Shown: piece by piece, positions 13,524 to 35,190 of the stretch
How positions within the stretch are numbered: the stretch's first letter is position 1
Layout of the letters: every line of letters starts with the position of its first letter
DNA from: Ascidiella aspersa
Taxonomy: Eukaryota
Assembly (NCBI GenBank): GCA_963924565.1
Contig: OZ004609.1
Location: forward strand, 27,342,001 to 27,406,000
DNA: 64,000 nt
Direction: 5' to 3'
Program-made: the position numbers and the translations under genes
The notes under the pieces: generated by a model
What the model saw: only the letters and a program-made list of their open reading frames with translations
Database searches by the model: none
Told to the model about the DNA's origin: nothing

Positions 13524-14120
13524 CAGTGGTTCTTAACCTTTTTTCAGCCGCGCCCCCCTTTGGTAATTTTCTCATGCCTTGCGCCCCCCTATGAAAATAT
13601 TTCGACATTTTGCAATTAAATATCACTGAGAAAACAGGAAAATAGTGAAGGGTGTCGTTGGTCGCGCGAAGCGCGAAATACTTTGAGTTTTATTTGGTCG
13701 AATTGGCTAAACTGCAACCGAAGAGGCGTTTCACATTGGGCACTCAACAAATTGCGCGAGCTCGACACATTGATTTTATCGAGCTGATTTTGACAAACGT
13801 GTTGCGAGGGCATTAACTCCACAGTTGTAAGAGTTATGATGTCGAGCGCAAAAAATGTCAAGCGCAAATATTAAACATTGCGTTACCGTGTTTCAAAAGA
13901 TGTAACGACACACAATACAACGGCAATATTGCAAAAACAATATAGTTTTTGCAGTTTTAATGTTAAAGTTGGCAAAAAACAGAGTTTGTATGTAGGAATT
14001 ATGCCTAACCCAAACGAAACCATTAAAATCACTGCAAAAAGTTAAAATATTGAAGTCGAGCTCGCGCCCCCTTAGAATTCCTTGGCCCCCCCCCCCCCCC
14101 CCCCCCCCCCCATGTTAACA
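13524..14120. mobile_element. hAT (Charlie-like) MITE, right terminus lost; contains a C26 homopolymer
   Basis: Left end CAGTGGTTCTTAACC is near-identical to the terminus of the intact element at 59351. GCGCCCCC subterminal motifs occur at both ends, with a poly-C run at 14086-14111. No right TIR or TSD was found. Confidence 0.55.
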
Positions 14121-14273
14121 TACAACTTCGACATTTGACTATCAGCTTATCATAAATAAAAATTGACATTTTAAGCCTTGTATTGCCCATTGTTGTTGCT
14201 TGGTATGACATAACAATAAGGAATGTTTGCCTGAGTTTAATTTTTGTAAAATACGAAATTCAGCAAAAATATA

Positions 14274-17200
14274 ATGAGAGACCTGAATATATCTGCGCGT
14301 ATATTTTTCAACGAAGAAGACCAGCTGAACGTGGACATATGGGGGCAACTCGTCACCATATTTACCGTGTTCGACGTCATGATGATTTACGTTATTATGT
14401 CGTTTTTAGCTGTCGTCAAAGACATAAAATGGAACATAGAGGTTTGTTTAATTTTTTTCTATTAAGTCGTTGAAATAACAGCATTATAAACAGTATAATG
14501 TTTGGTTTGTAATTTTAATTAATTCACAGAATTAAGATATTTAAAAAAATGTTTATCAATGTTGGTACCTGAAAACTTTTTTGTAAGATCCTACAAATTG
14601 TTTTAAAAGAGTTCTAGTATGAATCAGGTACTAATATTTATTTAAAAAGAAAAATAATGGCCATTGTGCCAAACACCAAAAAATATTACGGAAACAAACT
14701 GGTGGTATTACGTTGAATTGAAAAACACTCAAAAGCAGGTTGGTTGAATTATTTTAGAAAAGGTAAAATGTTACCTGTCAGACTGTAGTGTACATGTCTT
14801 AGTTTTGTCATCTATTTCCCAACGCAGTTTGTTAGGTTAATTTGACCGTTTTGATTGGCCAGATTGTGCTACACGTTAAAATAACTCATACATATTTTTC
14901 TTGAATATACGAATCACACTAAAAAAGCTGTTCAAAAACGTAATTGTCAAGTTAATTTTATGATCCTTAAACTACCGTCCATAAATGATTTTCCAGGAAT
15001 CCACGAAACTTATTTTAAGTTCAATAACTAATAAATTATATAGAAGCCAGACAAAGACATACATTTGCATTGAAAACGCACCGGAACATACAGATCTCTC
15101 TAATGTGATGATAACCGATTTTTGCGCTGCAAACTAAAGTCGTTGAAAGCATAGTTATGCTGAATTAACGAAATGTATATTAAATCCGGCAAACTGGCAA
15201 TCTGCACGTTGAGTCGTCGAGGCAGTTAGTCGTGCCCCAATGTCCCCCATCATGTGGCAACATACAACGATGATAAATCATTTAACAGTTAATTGTGAGC
15301 AGTAAATGTTATGCATATGACTACCGATTTGTAGGTTGGGGCAATTTTAAAACCGTATTTTTTTTTCTTGTTTTACCAGCATATGGGTCCTTAAGATTTA
15401 TGAAACGAAAGGTGTCCGTCAGGTGAAAAGGTTTAAAGATCACTTGTCTAGCGCTTGTTTGGGGGGGCATGACAATTTTTTTAATGGGGTGACGCCAAGA
15501 AGTTCGTTCAAAATGTGACGTCATAAAATTATATCTAAACGTGACGTCATAAAAAAGTTACGTCATGAACACCACACAGTTGGTTTATTTTGCTAAATTG
15601 AAGATTGGACAGATGTTACCTTCAATACAGAAGCTACAACGATGTTATAGATTCTCATTTCTGACATGACACAAAACCTCCTTATATCGTTTAAGTTGTC
15701 CAAACTTATATATTGAAAATAAATTCGTCTAATTCTAAATAAAGTGATCAGGTGGCAGGATATAATAATATATAGTGCCACCTGATTTTGGAGGGAAATA
15801 AAATAGATATATTAAATAGATTCTCGCGGAGCGCGAAAATTTTTGGCATTTTTGTTTAAAATAGGCAAAAAATACAGTTATGGGCCTTGGCCACTTTTAA
15901 ATCCGCCCGGACACTTGTAAAATCTGTCCGCTCACTTGTAAACGCAATATTTTTGTTCCAGTGTCAGCCAGCGTTCCTACCCAAGCGGCCGCCGCGTGGC
16001 TTCCGGCTCTACGCCATTCTACTGGAGACGGGCGCGAGTCCGGCGGGCGGCACAACGTCACGCGTCTTTCTGCGCATGTGCGGCAAGCTGACTACGTCAC
16101 CGGCATTCACACTAACCTGCACCAGCGAAGACCGCAAGGGCGGCAGTCGACGACTGTTCGGCAGCAACAACAAGGACCTGTTCATTGTCGCGCTGCCGCA
16201 CTACCTCGGCTCGATCGAGGCCTTTGAAGTGGTGAACGACCGTCGCGGCGAATGCCCACCCTGGTAAGTCAATAAGGCAAAACTCAAGATAAATAAACTA
16301 ATTTATAAAACCAATTGCTCAGTAACAAAAATCATTTCAAACAAAGTCATTGGTCATAAAGATTTAAGTCGAGTTAAGCCATTTGGCCGGAAGTCAATTC
16401 AAGTTACTTTTCCCAAAAGACTAAGTCAAGTCACTTGAAAAACAGCGTCTAGTCAAGTCATTTGAGAACAGTGACTTAAGTCATGTGGTTGACTTAATTC
16501 ATTACAACACTGCTCCCACCTATCGTAGGTTTAATTTTTAAGATATGTGTCAGTTTGCACACAAGATCGATGTTGTATAGGTTTATACGTTTTCGGATAA
16601 GGCAGCATGCATTTCTGGTACTGGTTTAAATTTGTCGTTGTGTAGGCCCACGCTTTGGCCGTTGTGACCCTGTTTAAACAGTGAAAAATTGTTCGACTCA
16701 AGACATTTCGATAACTGACAATTCAGACAGCAAAATGAAATCGCAACACTCAGTTTGCAAATGGAAATCATAACATTTTTCGCTATAAATCGAATAAATG
16801 TATTAGCCCACTTCGTATTTTGTATCGGCAAAATGATATTTATATAAAGCGTAAGGGTATAAGCCAAATATGAGCACGGTTGTTTCAGGAAAGAAAAATG
16901 AACACGGTTGTTTGAGGAACGCCGGGCCGGTAAAAGGCATAAAAATAGTTTGATCACCCCTGACGTATTCAAAAAGCCGCTTTGTCGTACTGACGCATCG
17001 TACTCCGTCTTTTTCGCAGGTTTCTGCGCAGCATTCGAGTAATGTGCCTCGACAACCGTAAGTGCTGGAAGAGCAGGGTGGGCGCCTGGTTGCGTGGAGA
17101 CAAGACGCCCTACCGCATTAGGGCAGACATGATCGGCGCGCTGAGCACCAGAAACTACCTCGTTAAGGTTATACAGCAGAACCACAACTGGCTGTTTCCT

Positions 17201-19806
17201 TGGTACAGGTAAGTCGGCAAAAAACTTTTGCGCGGGATTACAAACTCTAAAGGGTCGATAAGGCTTGGACGTACGTTTTCTGATGCTTTTAAACCAAAAA
17301 AACTAAATTTGGTAATAAAACCTTTTTTCCGTAAGGTATAATGACGTGAAATATATTTTCGATATTTAAAACAGTGCTGCGGCGTCAAGTCCGACTCCCG
17401 AGCTTCGAGTCCGACTCCGGCCAAATGTTCGATTTCGCCGAGTCCCGATTACGGCTCCTACTATACTGCCTGTATTTCACCCATTTACGTACGGTAACTA
17501 AACCAAGGTAGATATTCAGCAATCCACCCCTAGGGAATCAAACAACTCATGTACATACAATACATGGGTGGAAAACATTTCCCTTTTGCTATTCGATCTT
17601 TACAATTTACCGTGTGGGGCCTTCATAGTTTTAAATTTGGTACTGCGCATGTCGGACTCGGGATTCGGGTAGTCTTTCTCGAGTTCCGAATCCGACTCCA
17701 GCAAAACAAACCAACTCCGGAAAGTCTCGATTCCAACTCCGCAGCCCTGATTCAAAACTTACCTACAGTTTGAATACACTTTAGGCCTACTGGACAAAAA
17801 TATGTTAGCGCTATTACGAAAACAAAACTTTCGTTCCTTAATTGACATTTCCTTTATAACGTAAAAAATCGAAGCGTTGTTTTTAAAAACAAGCTTAAGT
17901 TCAACCTGCACACAAAACGATTAAAAGCAATCAAATCAGTTGCATGGCCTTTGTTAACAACATTATGCAGGCGTTAAAATGTTTTTAGATATTTGTACCT
18001 CTAACCTGAACTTTGATTTGTGGAGTTTTTATACCATATGTCGTTCTAAATATCTATATATACATTTCCAACAACACTTTACAGTATGGTGAAAATACAA
18101 GGAAAATATTGCTTAACAATGCTAAGAAAAAAGTGTTTGATAACCCCTGCCAAGGCATTTATTTCGACCTAAACCAGCGTGTTTGCGTCCACAGAGCCCT
18201 GGGCTCGTCGTTCACGTGCTTCCAGCGAGTGGTCATCCACTGGACGGCGACCAACGCGGCACTGACCATCGCGCATTTCATGTCCTACAACCCGGAGAAG
18301 CTCTTCAACATCACCGAGGGCAAAGTGGCAACGCCCATCTTCAACGCCAACCAGGTGGTGGCCGCAGGTCTGGCGGCCGCGGCGGGCGGCGTCCTGACCG
18401 GGGCGGTTCTGCGCATTGCGGCGCGTCTGGCGGCCGGGGGCACAAAGTGGACGCGCGTGGACGACAAGGACGACTTCGCGCACCTAATGGAAGGACTACA
18501 GTACGCGGACGGCGCTGTAGTGCGCGCACCGGTCGTCAACGAAGATTGTGACGCGCGGTACCGGCTCACGCCGCGCCAGATACGCGTCCTGCACGAGATC
18601 ACGCGCTGCGGGGAGGAGGCCTGCCATGGAAAGGACATGCTGAACAGGCCCGAGTGCCCGCCGGAGAAGTCGTGCGCCTTTCGGACGGAGCGCCCAGTTG
18701 TGCCAACGAGCTCCGAGAGCGAAGCGCCTGCTGATCAGGTCCTTGAAGAAAATTTGGAGCAGAACAAGGATGCGAACGGCGCTTCTACTGATTCTGACAC
18801 AGAATCAAGTGCGTCGCCGCCAGAGCAGGATCGCGGCTATAGATACAGCATACAGGTCGGAATGAAGGATTTGTGGAACAAAACGTTGGGAAGCATCGCG
18901 ATGGCTGAGCCCAACGAGTCGCACGAAGACCCGGCCAATGATGTTGAGCAAACCAACAGCAACGCGCCGCTCCCTTCACAGCGGCTACGCAAGTTCTCCG
19001 CGAGGAAACCGCCCAAAACCAGGAAGGTTCAAAGGTTGAACAACGTGGTCCCGTCGGTGTCGGCTCGCGTCGATTCTTCAACCTCGCTTGAATCGAGGGT
19101 GTCCGGCGGCGATCGTTCAAACTTGGCTGGGGAAGGGTCGAAATCGGGCGGCGACGCGTCCAACAAATTAGATCGTGGGGAAATGCACGAGTACGACTCC
19201 CTTTCTGAGGGCGAGTCTGATCAGGAGATAACCACTCGATCTGCCAAGACCGAGGCCGAGCTCGACTTGATAAGAAGACCAGCGGATGTGTACGAGACCG
19301 CTCCGAATTGGGACGATCAGTTTAAGGTCTGGGTCCAAAGCACAGTAGGCGGCGATGAACATCACAGAGCCCTTTTGGAACGGTACGATTGTACCATCTT
19401 TCCGGCGGGCTGCTGCTTCAGCAAAAACCATGAGACGGTTATAACTGGGGCCATTCAGAACTACGTAAACGAAGAAGAGCACGCCCCGCCTGGCCAAGTT
19501 CTCTTTTCAGGCCTTCCAACAATGCTGGCAGGTTTGGTGGCACTTCTAGGACTAGTGATCTCCTTCGGTGGCGTTGGATTTGCGATTTACCAGCGCTTTT
19601 TCTTGCCGAACTCAGACTCTCTTATATTTCTGTATATAGTCTTGTTAGTTCTCGTGTTGCAACCAGTCCTTTCCACAGCCGACGCAGCCAGCTGGGCTTT
19701 TGCTGCAACGTGGGCTCGAAGAAGAAGGGTGTTGCAAGCAAGAAAAGATATTGCAAAGATGTTGTACGATGATGGCTGTACAGTTACTACTGATCCAAGT
19801 ATTTAG
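14274..19806 (+). CDS. Polycystin-1 (PKD1/PKD1L)-related membrane protein: TM1 + PLAT/LH2 + TM2-TM5 only, ~756 aa, 4 exons
   Basis: Exons 14274-14441, 15962-16263, 17020-17208, 18195-19806 (GT-AG, phases consistent, 2271 nt). TM1 (VTIFTVFDVMMIYVIMSFLAVVKD). PLAT signature YAILLETG...GTTSRVFLRMCG...LFGSNNKDLF...LGSIEAFEVVNDRRGECPPWFLRSIRV...AWL. PKD1-family motif HNWLFPWYRALGSSFTCFQR. Two hydrophobic segments, a long low-complexity loop, then LPTMLAGLVALLGLVISFGGVGFAIY...IFLYIVLLVLVLQP (TM4/5) and stop, with AATAAA at ~19820. The first exon and start codon are the least certain parts. Confidence 0.78.
16330..16512. mobile_element. Fragment of a dispersed element with CAAGTC/GACTTG subterminal repeats
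   Basis: Dense AAGTCA/GACTT motifs ending in ...TTACAACACTG. Similar motif clusters occur at ~9690-9720, 20100-20230, 25755-25945, 36755-36850 and 49990-50090. Confidence 0.5.
17372..17749. mobile_element. hAT-like MITE with GACTCC subterminal repeats (intron of PKD1-like gene)
   Basis: TIRs CAGTGCTGCGG / CCGCAGCCCTG; flanks ATTTAAAA / ATTCAAAA (7/8 TSD match); many CCGACTCC/GAGTC motifs. Confidence 0.72.
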
Positions 19807-20433
19807 TAATAATTTTTCAAATAAACAATTACACAATTCACACTGTCTTTTATTATTGTTATTGTAAGCTGTTCCTGTCTCGTTTCGGATAAACAATTTA
19901 TTTTTATTATAATTTCTTTCAGGACATCTACCATAGCGTGGTTAATATCGGCGAATCGTCATTAAAATGCAAACGAAAGTTTCATCGAATTGAAGCATTC
20001 CTTATGGACGATACTTTTTCAACTTTTTTACGAATATATCTTACGGATGGCGACGTCATCAGTTTTTCCTTAACGTCTTTTCTAAGATTTGTTACAGGCT
20101 TTTGGAATTGACTTGCTCTAATTACGACATAACTGGGACTTTATTTGTTATTTATGCAAGGAGACTTGACTTGGATTTAAGTTATTTTACAAACGCTTGA
20201 CTAGGACTTACGACTAGTTTACAACACGTAATAATACGTTATGGTAAACCGCTATATGTACATAAAAAAAATTCATTTTCCAAAATAGTTATGGTAAAAT
20301 GGGTGGTTTGAAAAATTATAGAGTTTCTTTTCACTAAACAAAACCAAGGGAAATATCACAATATTCATTTATTAGTTGCAAAAGCAACTATAAAATGCTC
20401 ACAAACAAATAATAACCACAAATGGTAAAACAG

Positions 20434-21015
20434 CTACTTCTTTTTCAGTTGACTTTCCTCAAGCATTTTCTGTTTTTTTAATTCCTTTTGGATTTCCGCT
20501 TTTTCTTGTTGTTGTTTTAAATACTTTTCATATTTAACAGGGTTTATGTCCCGCACCACATGAACCCCCATTGTCCAACATTGGTGAGTAATAAGCTCGC
20601 ACATTTCTTTCATTGAAATACTGCGATATTTTAAATTGTCCTCCTGCATTTTCACCTTGGCTATTTCGTAAACATGTTTGTAAGTAATTTTGCCACTGAC
20701 ATAATAAGATCGGAAGCCACCCTTCGCAAGGCCAGCTGCCTGGAGAATCAAATAAGACTGACTCGGCTCACGCAATTCAATCTGAAAGCGCTTGCCCTGC
20801 ACATGTATTCGCACAGGTATAGGAATGCCAGGCTTGTAGTCTTTGGTTAAATTGTTAAATTCCTCAACAAACTTGGCAGCAGGCAAGCCATAGGAACCTA
20901 AGGTACTTCCAAGTGGGGGCCCAGTTGTTGCGCCACCACTGGGTATGATTGCCCTGATGATATTGGGGTGAAATATTTTCTTGACTTGTTGGGTAGTCTT
21001 GCTAAGCTTAGACAT
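20434..21015 (-). CDS. MRPL11: Mitochondrial ribosomal protein L11 (uL11m), uninterrupted CDS, ~193 aa
   Basis: uL11 motifs IIPSGGATTGPPLGSTLGSYGL, YKPGIPIPVRI, GKITYKHVYEIAKVK. ATG at 21015 (MSKLSK...) is preceded by an acceptor-like ttcttattaacag; the ORF track's start at 21021 is a TTG. Confidence 0.92.
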   Translation of the reverse strand: MSKLSKTTQQVKKIFHPNIIRAIIPSGGATTGPPLGSTLGSYGLPAAKFVEEFNNLTKDYKPGIPIPVRIHVQGKRFQIELREPSQSYLILQAAGLAKGGFRSYYVSGKITYKHVYEIAKVKMQEDNLKYRSISMKEMCELITHQCWTMGVHVVRDINPVKYEKYLKQQQEKAEIQKELKKQKMLEESQLKKK

Positions 21016-22700
21016 TGTCAAATTTGGCTGTTAATAAGAATAAGCAGTGAAAGACAATAAGTTAGAACCAGTTTTCTACATGTCTAGAATATACCTAAAT
21101 GAACAAAACATTGTTTCATTGACTACTGCAACTCAGAGTTGTTTTTTATCTTTACCAGTACCACAAACACTATATGTTTTAATCAGAAAATGATGTAAAT
21201 CCCCTAAATAATTCATGCATAAAAACTGTCGGCTAAGTATTAATAGTTATGAGTGAGATGCAATAAACCATCAACTCATGTATTGCATTATAAATAGCAT
21301 GGTAAGTTACATATTAAATTTACAAAAAAATAACTTTAAACTACAATTAACAGACTAACAAGTTTGTCATAAACACCAGGGGTTTCAAAAGTGTAAAACA
21401 AACGTTTTATAAATTGCAGTTAATATTGTTGGTTCAATTTTGGTCAGGTAAGGCTTAAAAAAATAGATCATGGCTGATGTAAATGAAGAGACATTTTTCT
21501 ATAGATTTTAGAGGACCAAACAATACACAAAGATTGGGTCTAAGGAAAATAACCAAATATAGATTAATTTAGGCAATTTTTTTTATAGATTTTGCACAAA
21601 AGACCTACTACTTAATTATTGGATAGACATTTTTATATATATGCAGTTCATTGAGGCCGAAATGATGTACCAAAGGCCCATGGTTGCTACAGGACTGAAA
21701 ACCAAAAGCTTTGGTGCACATTGTGCGCATAACGTGAACTAGGGCAAAATATCCACCTTAGAATTCAGTAGTACATTTTGGAAGAGACAATTTGCCCAGC
21801 AACTCGTTTTTTTGAAGTTCGGTAACTGATCCATTTCCAATATATGGAAGAATGAGCCCGTCTCTGAAGTCTAAAATTTAAAGTTCGGCAAACAGCTATA
21901 GAATGAGCTTGCAACTAAGAAGCTCCTTCTTGCACTACGCCTTAGCTCACAGTGTTGAAAGAGTTATTCAATAATGCACAGTGTGTGGGTTAGGTGTCGG
22001 CTTGTCGCTTAGTTTTTTAGTGAAGGTGGGTCAATTATTAATATTTAATAATATTTGCACACTCCGTGCACATTCTTCGAGCATAGTTGGCCGTAACCCG
22101 TAACTTATAAACAAACTAATTAAAAGCTACACGCTATGCATTAAATTACAACTTCAACTTAAATGTACAACCTGTTTTAACGCAGGTGGTCTTATCACGT
22201 CGGTTAATCAATTACGTACCAACACTCTGGAAACTAAAAAGTTATATTCACTATGGCCATAACCATATTCTTTCAAATATCGTTGTAAATATTTACCGTG
22301 TACATTTTTCTGGGTACGTTTTGCCTCCTACAGTTGACGTATCATCGTCAAAATATCGCATGTCAAAGTCCATAGAAATTTTCTATAGAAACTTTGTCGC
22401 ATGTGTTTGAAATCAGCAGTTGAATATTTTTCAATAATGTTTCAAACCTTATATTTTTATGAATAAATCGTTTTAAATGATTTTGTTAAATGCTAAAAAA
22501 ATTAATTTATATTTCAATAGGCAAATAGTTTTCCATTGTATTACAGAAAAATTTTTAAAACCGATTCCTTTGGTGCGGATTATTATATTTTTATAAGCAA
22601 TGTTTTCTCGTATAAACTTACGTTAAAGCGGTTCGTTTTTAGTAAGAAATTGTTATGATTTGGTATGAAACGTCTAACATATCTAATTAGTAACCAAATA

Positions 22701-22906
22701 AGCGCTGGTCAAGAACCCTACAACATTTTCGTCCGAGGGTTTCTATTGCTAACATTATTTGGGAATTGGGTTAGGGTACGAGTTAGTGTTTGGGTAGTCA
22801 AATTATTATTATCATTATATTTATTGTCCCACATCATTTCTCACTTTCATTTTTGACAAACTCGTTTCGTGACAGTAAAAAAGTGGTAGGATTCTAGACC
22901 AGCGCC
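22701..22906. mobile_element. Merlin-like MITE with internal GGGTTAGGG module, between MRPL11 and MRPL36
   Basis: TIRs AGCGCTGGTCAAGAACCCTACAAC / GTGGTAGGATTCTAGACCAGCGCC; flanks ACCAAATA / ACCAAATG (7/8); internal TTGGGTTAGGGTACGAGTTAG shared with the elements at 34876 and 46262. Confidence 0.7.
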
Positions 22907-23043
22907 ACCAAATGCACTTTACTCTTCTCTGAAATTCAGCAGGCCAGTCGGTTATTGTATAATGACTATTGTGTTTGTGCTGTGATTCCGATTAAAGTAC
23001 AAAAGTATTTTGTTAGAAATACTTTTATTCTTTAAATCCAAAT

Positions 23044-23418
23044 ATGATCGTTGGACGACTGTTAACCACCATTCGTCAAAGTTGGCTTAAATCCATGCCT
23101 ATTCCCAGGATGGCTAAAGCCACTCAGACGAGAATTTTGGAGCCTTACGGCGCCGCGTTGACAATCCTTCCCTCGGCAGGTTTGAAGCGGCACAGTGCGG
23201 TGCACCGACGTTGCCCCGATTGCCGGATAACCCGGATTAAAGGACGCTTGGCCAACGTGTGCGAAACCCACCCAAGGCACAACCAGCTGCAGCAAAACTT
23301 TGACCGCAGCAACCAGCGTTTTCACAGACCGTATGCTTTTCGATGGCTTGATCCTTTTGACAAAAAGTATGGAGCACCGCGGCACTGGGACCGCTACTTG
23401 AAATCTTTTGAGAAATAA
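23044..23418 (+). CDS. MRPL36: Mitochondrial ribosomal protein L36 (bL36m) with N-terminal targeting-like peptide and C-terminal extension
   Basis: LKRHSAVHRRCPDCRITRIKGRLANVCETHPRHNQLQ matches the bL36 zinc ribbon (CxxC...C...H). The N-terminus is Arg-rich and acid-poor, like a mitochondrial presequence. Confidence 0.88.
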   Translation: MIVGRLLTTIRQSWLKSMPIPRMAKATQTRILEPYGAALTILPSAGLKRHSAVHRRCPDCRITRIKGRLANVCETHPRHNQLQQNFDRSNQRFHRPYAFRWLDPFDKKYGAPRHWDRYLKSFEK

Positions 23419-24286
23419 CGTATTTATCCCAAGCGTCTGGTTGTCGCGCCACCGACTTTAGGCATTATTCATTGAAGGGTTTTGTATTTGAAACGCTTAA
23501 ACATTGCAAACAAAATAATAAATATTTGAAATCAAGTGTGCAAGAACAGCAAGCATATAATGCGTTGAGTGGTGTTTGGCTTACTAGGCAACTTTTTCAA
23601 TTAGTATATTTGCAGCACACTTTTCCATTAGCGCCATAAACCTTTTTTATACAAAAACAGAAACTCAGTTTAAAATTAGGCACAGTGTAAGAAAACAAAC
23701 TCAGGTAAACCAACTAAACAGTCAGCAGATAAGAAGATACTTTTGTTCTTTTTCCCGCCAACACTAATCAAAGGAATTTAATTTAAGGGAGGATGTCCAT
23801 CACAGCATAACAACCAGTTTGCATTCTGTGGCAGTGCACACGCTTTTTTTCCAAAGAAGTTGTGCACATCTGAATTGGTAAATTGAATTTGGTAAACGCT
23901 TAAACTACGAAAAAAAGCCAAATTGTGGTAGGATTTCCAACCCAAGGTGTGCAAAAACATAATTGCACACCTACCACCTCAAAACTTGGTACTGCACACC
24001 AGATATGTCAGCCCAAAGTGCCATGAAATGCAGAACTGGCATCACAGTTTACTGAAGAACATAAATTTAGCTTACAACCCACAAACTTTAATAAACTGAT
24101 GCCAGTGCAATGTTAGCCAAATAGAGAAAACTTGCTTTCATAATTTAATTAATTTCACAGTATACCTGAAACAAATATTGCAAAATAAATTATTTCCAAA
24201 AAGCACTGACCAATATCCAAGAGTTGCCCGGCCAAAACACAACAATAAATGAATAACGAGTTCGAAAAACAGAACAATAAAAAATA

Positions 24287-34011
<9,725 letters not shown>

Positions 34012-34875
34012 CACTTTAGATGAGTCATTAATGCACTATTGTAGCTGTGGACCATATATATTTCGTATAAAACACTCCACACACTTGGTAATGTTTAGTG
34101 TTCGAGAAAGCAATCCTGTTTATTAATCTAGGATGAATAGTGAAATCTTATTTTCAAGATTGAAAAGAGGCTATCTACCCGACTAACCAAACAGTTTAGT
34201 TCACAGTATAAACACTAATGGGTGTATGCATAATATGCATAGTTGCATACCATAATTTAGTTGTGTAAAATAATTATTTTAATAAAGAATGGGTGTGTAC
34301 CCCAGTCTGGTAAGTATGACGGATCTCACGGGTGTATGGCTGAAAATATAAGGGTGACCGGGTGCAACAAAGGTAAAAAAAATGCACTTCAAATTTCTGG
34401 TGGACTTTATGATTTTCTGATGCACTCTGTATTGCATATTTTCCACTGCAAACGTATGCTGCACAAGGGTATTAGATATTTGGGTTGCACTTCTAAAAAG
34501 TTGAAAAAAAATCTTGGTGCACTTGCCATACTTTCCAGTGGTGTGTACCTGCTACTGAATGCAGCCTGGATTTCAAGGAAGTGGCCATTTGCCGGTTCGC
34601 TTGAGTATATGCATACAACCATTGGAAATTATACATTGATTGGGTTTAGGGTTGAGGTAAGCATTTGGGTTGATGTGGTGGAATCATTAAATTCAATTGC
34701 CTGAGTTTAGTATTATTGCCATGATTAACTGCCTCATTCAGCTGACATAGCAACTTGCCCTGATTTAACTTCCAAGGGTGTCAAACAATGATTACACAAT
34801 TAAAAAAGTTGTTCTATAAGAACCCATGCAATATGCATTTTACTTGTTTTATATTTATATGTTGTATAAAAAGGG

Positions 34876-35190
34876 GGCGCTGGTCTAGAATCTTACCACA
34901 ACGCACATTATTTGGGTTATGGTGCTGGTTAGCTTTTGAATTGGGGTAGGTCAAGTATTACTATTAAATAATAAATATAACAATACTTGACCCACCCACG
35001 CAAACCTGCACCCTAACCCAAATATTGTGCGTTGATATAATAATTGTTTCAACACATAACGAACTTTATTTGGGTTAGGGTGCAGGTTAGCATTTGGAGT
35101 TGGGTAGGTTAAGCAATATTACTAATTAATAATATTTGACCAACGCTTACCTGAAAACCGACACCCTAACCCAAATATTGCGTGTTAAAA
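34876..35190. mobile_element. Merlin-like element with two tandem palindromic GGGTTAGGG...CCCTAACCC modules; right TIR missing
   Basis: Starts GGCGCTGGTCTAGAATCTTACCAC, nearly the same TIR as at 22906. Two successive inverted modules follow: TATTTGGGTTA(T/G)GGTGC...ACCCTAACCCAAATA. Confidence 0.68.

Noticed and set aside
16583-17185. 200-aa minus-strand ORF, and similar long ORFs at 10414-10944, 40518-41090 and 34261-34704
   Set aside because: They are antisense shadows of real exons or intronic/intergenic ORFs with no recognisable domain or splice support.
18013-18194. N-terminal 60 aa of the 597-aa ORF as a real protein start
   Set aside because: It begins at a TTG in AT-rich intron-like sequence. 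The acceptor ccacag at 18193-94 joins in phase to exon 17020-17208 and restores the HNW...R..SSFTCFQR motif.
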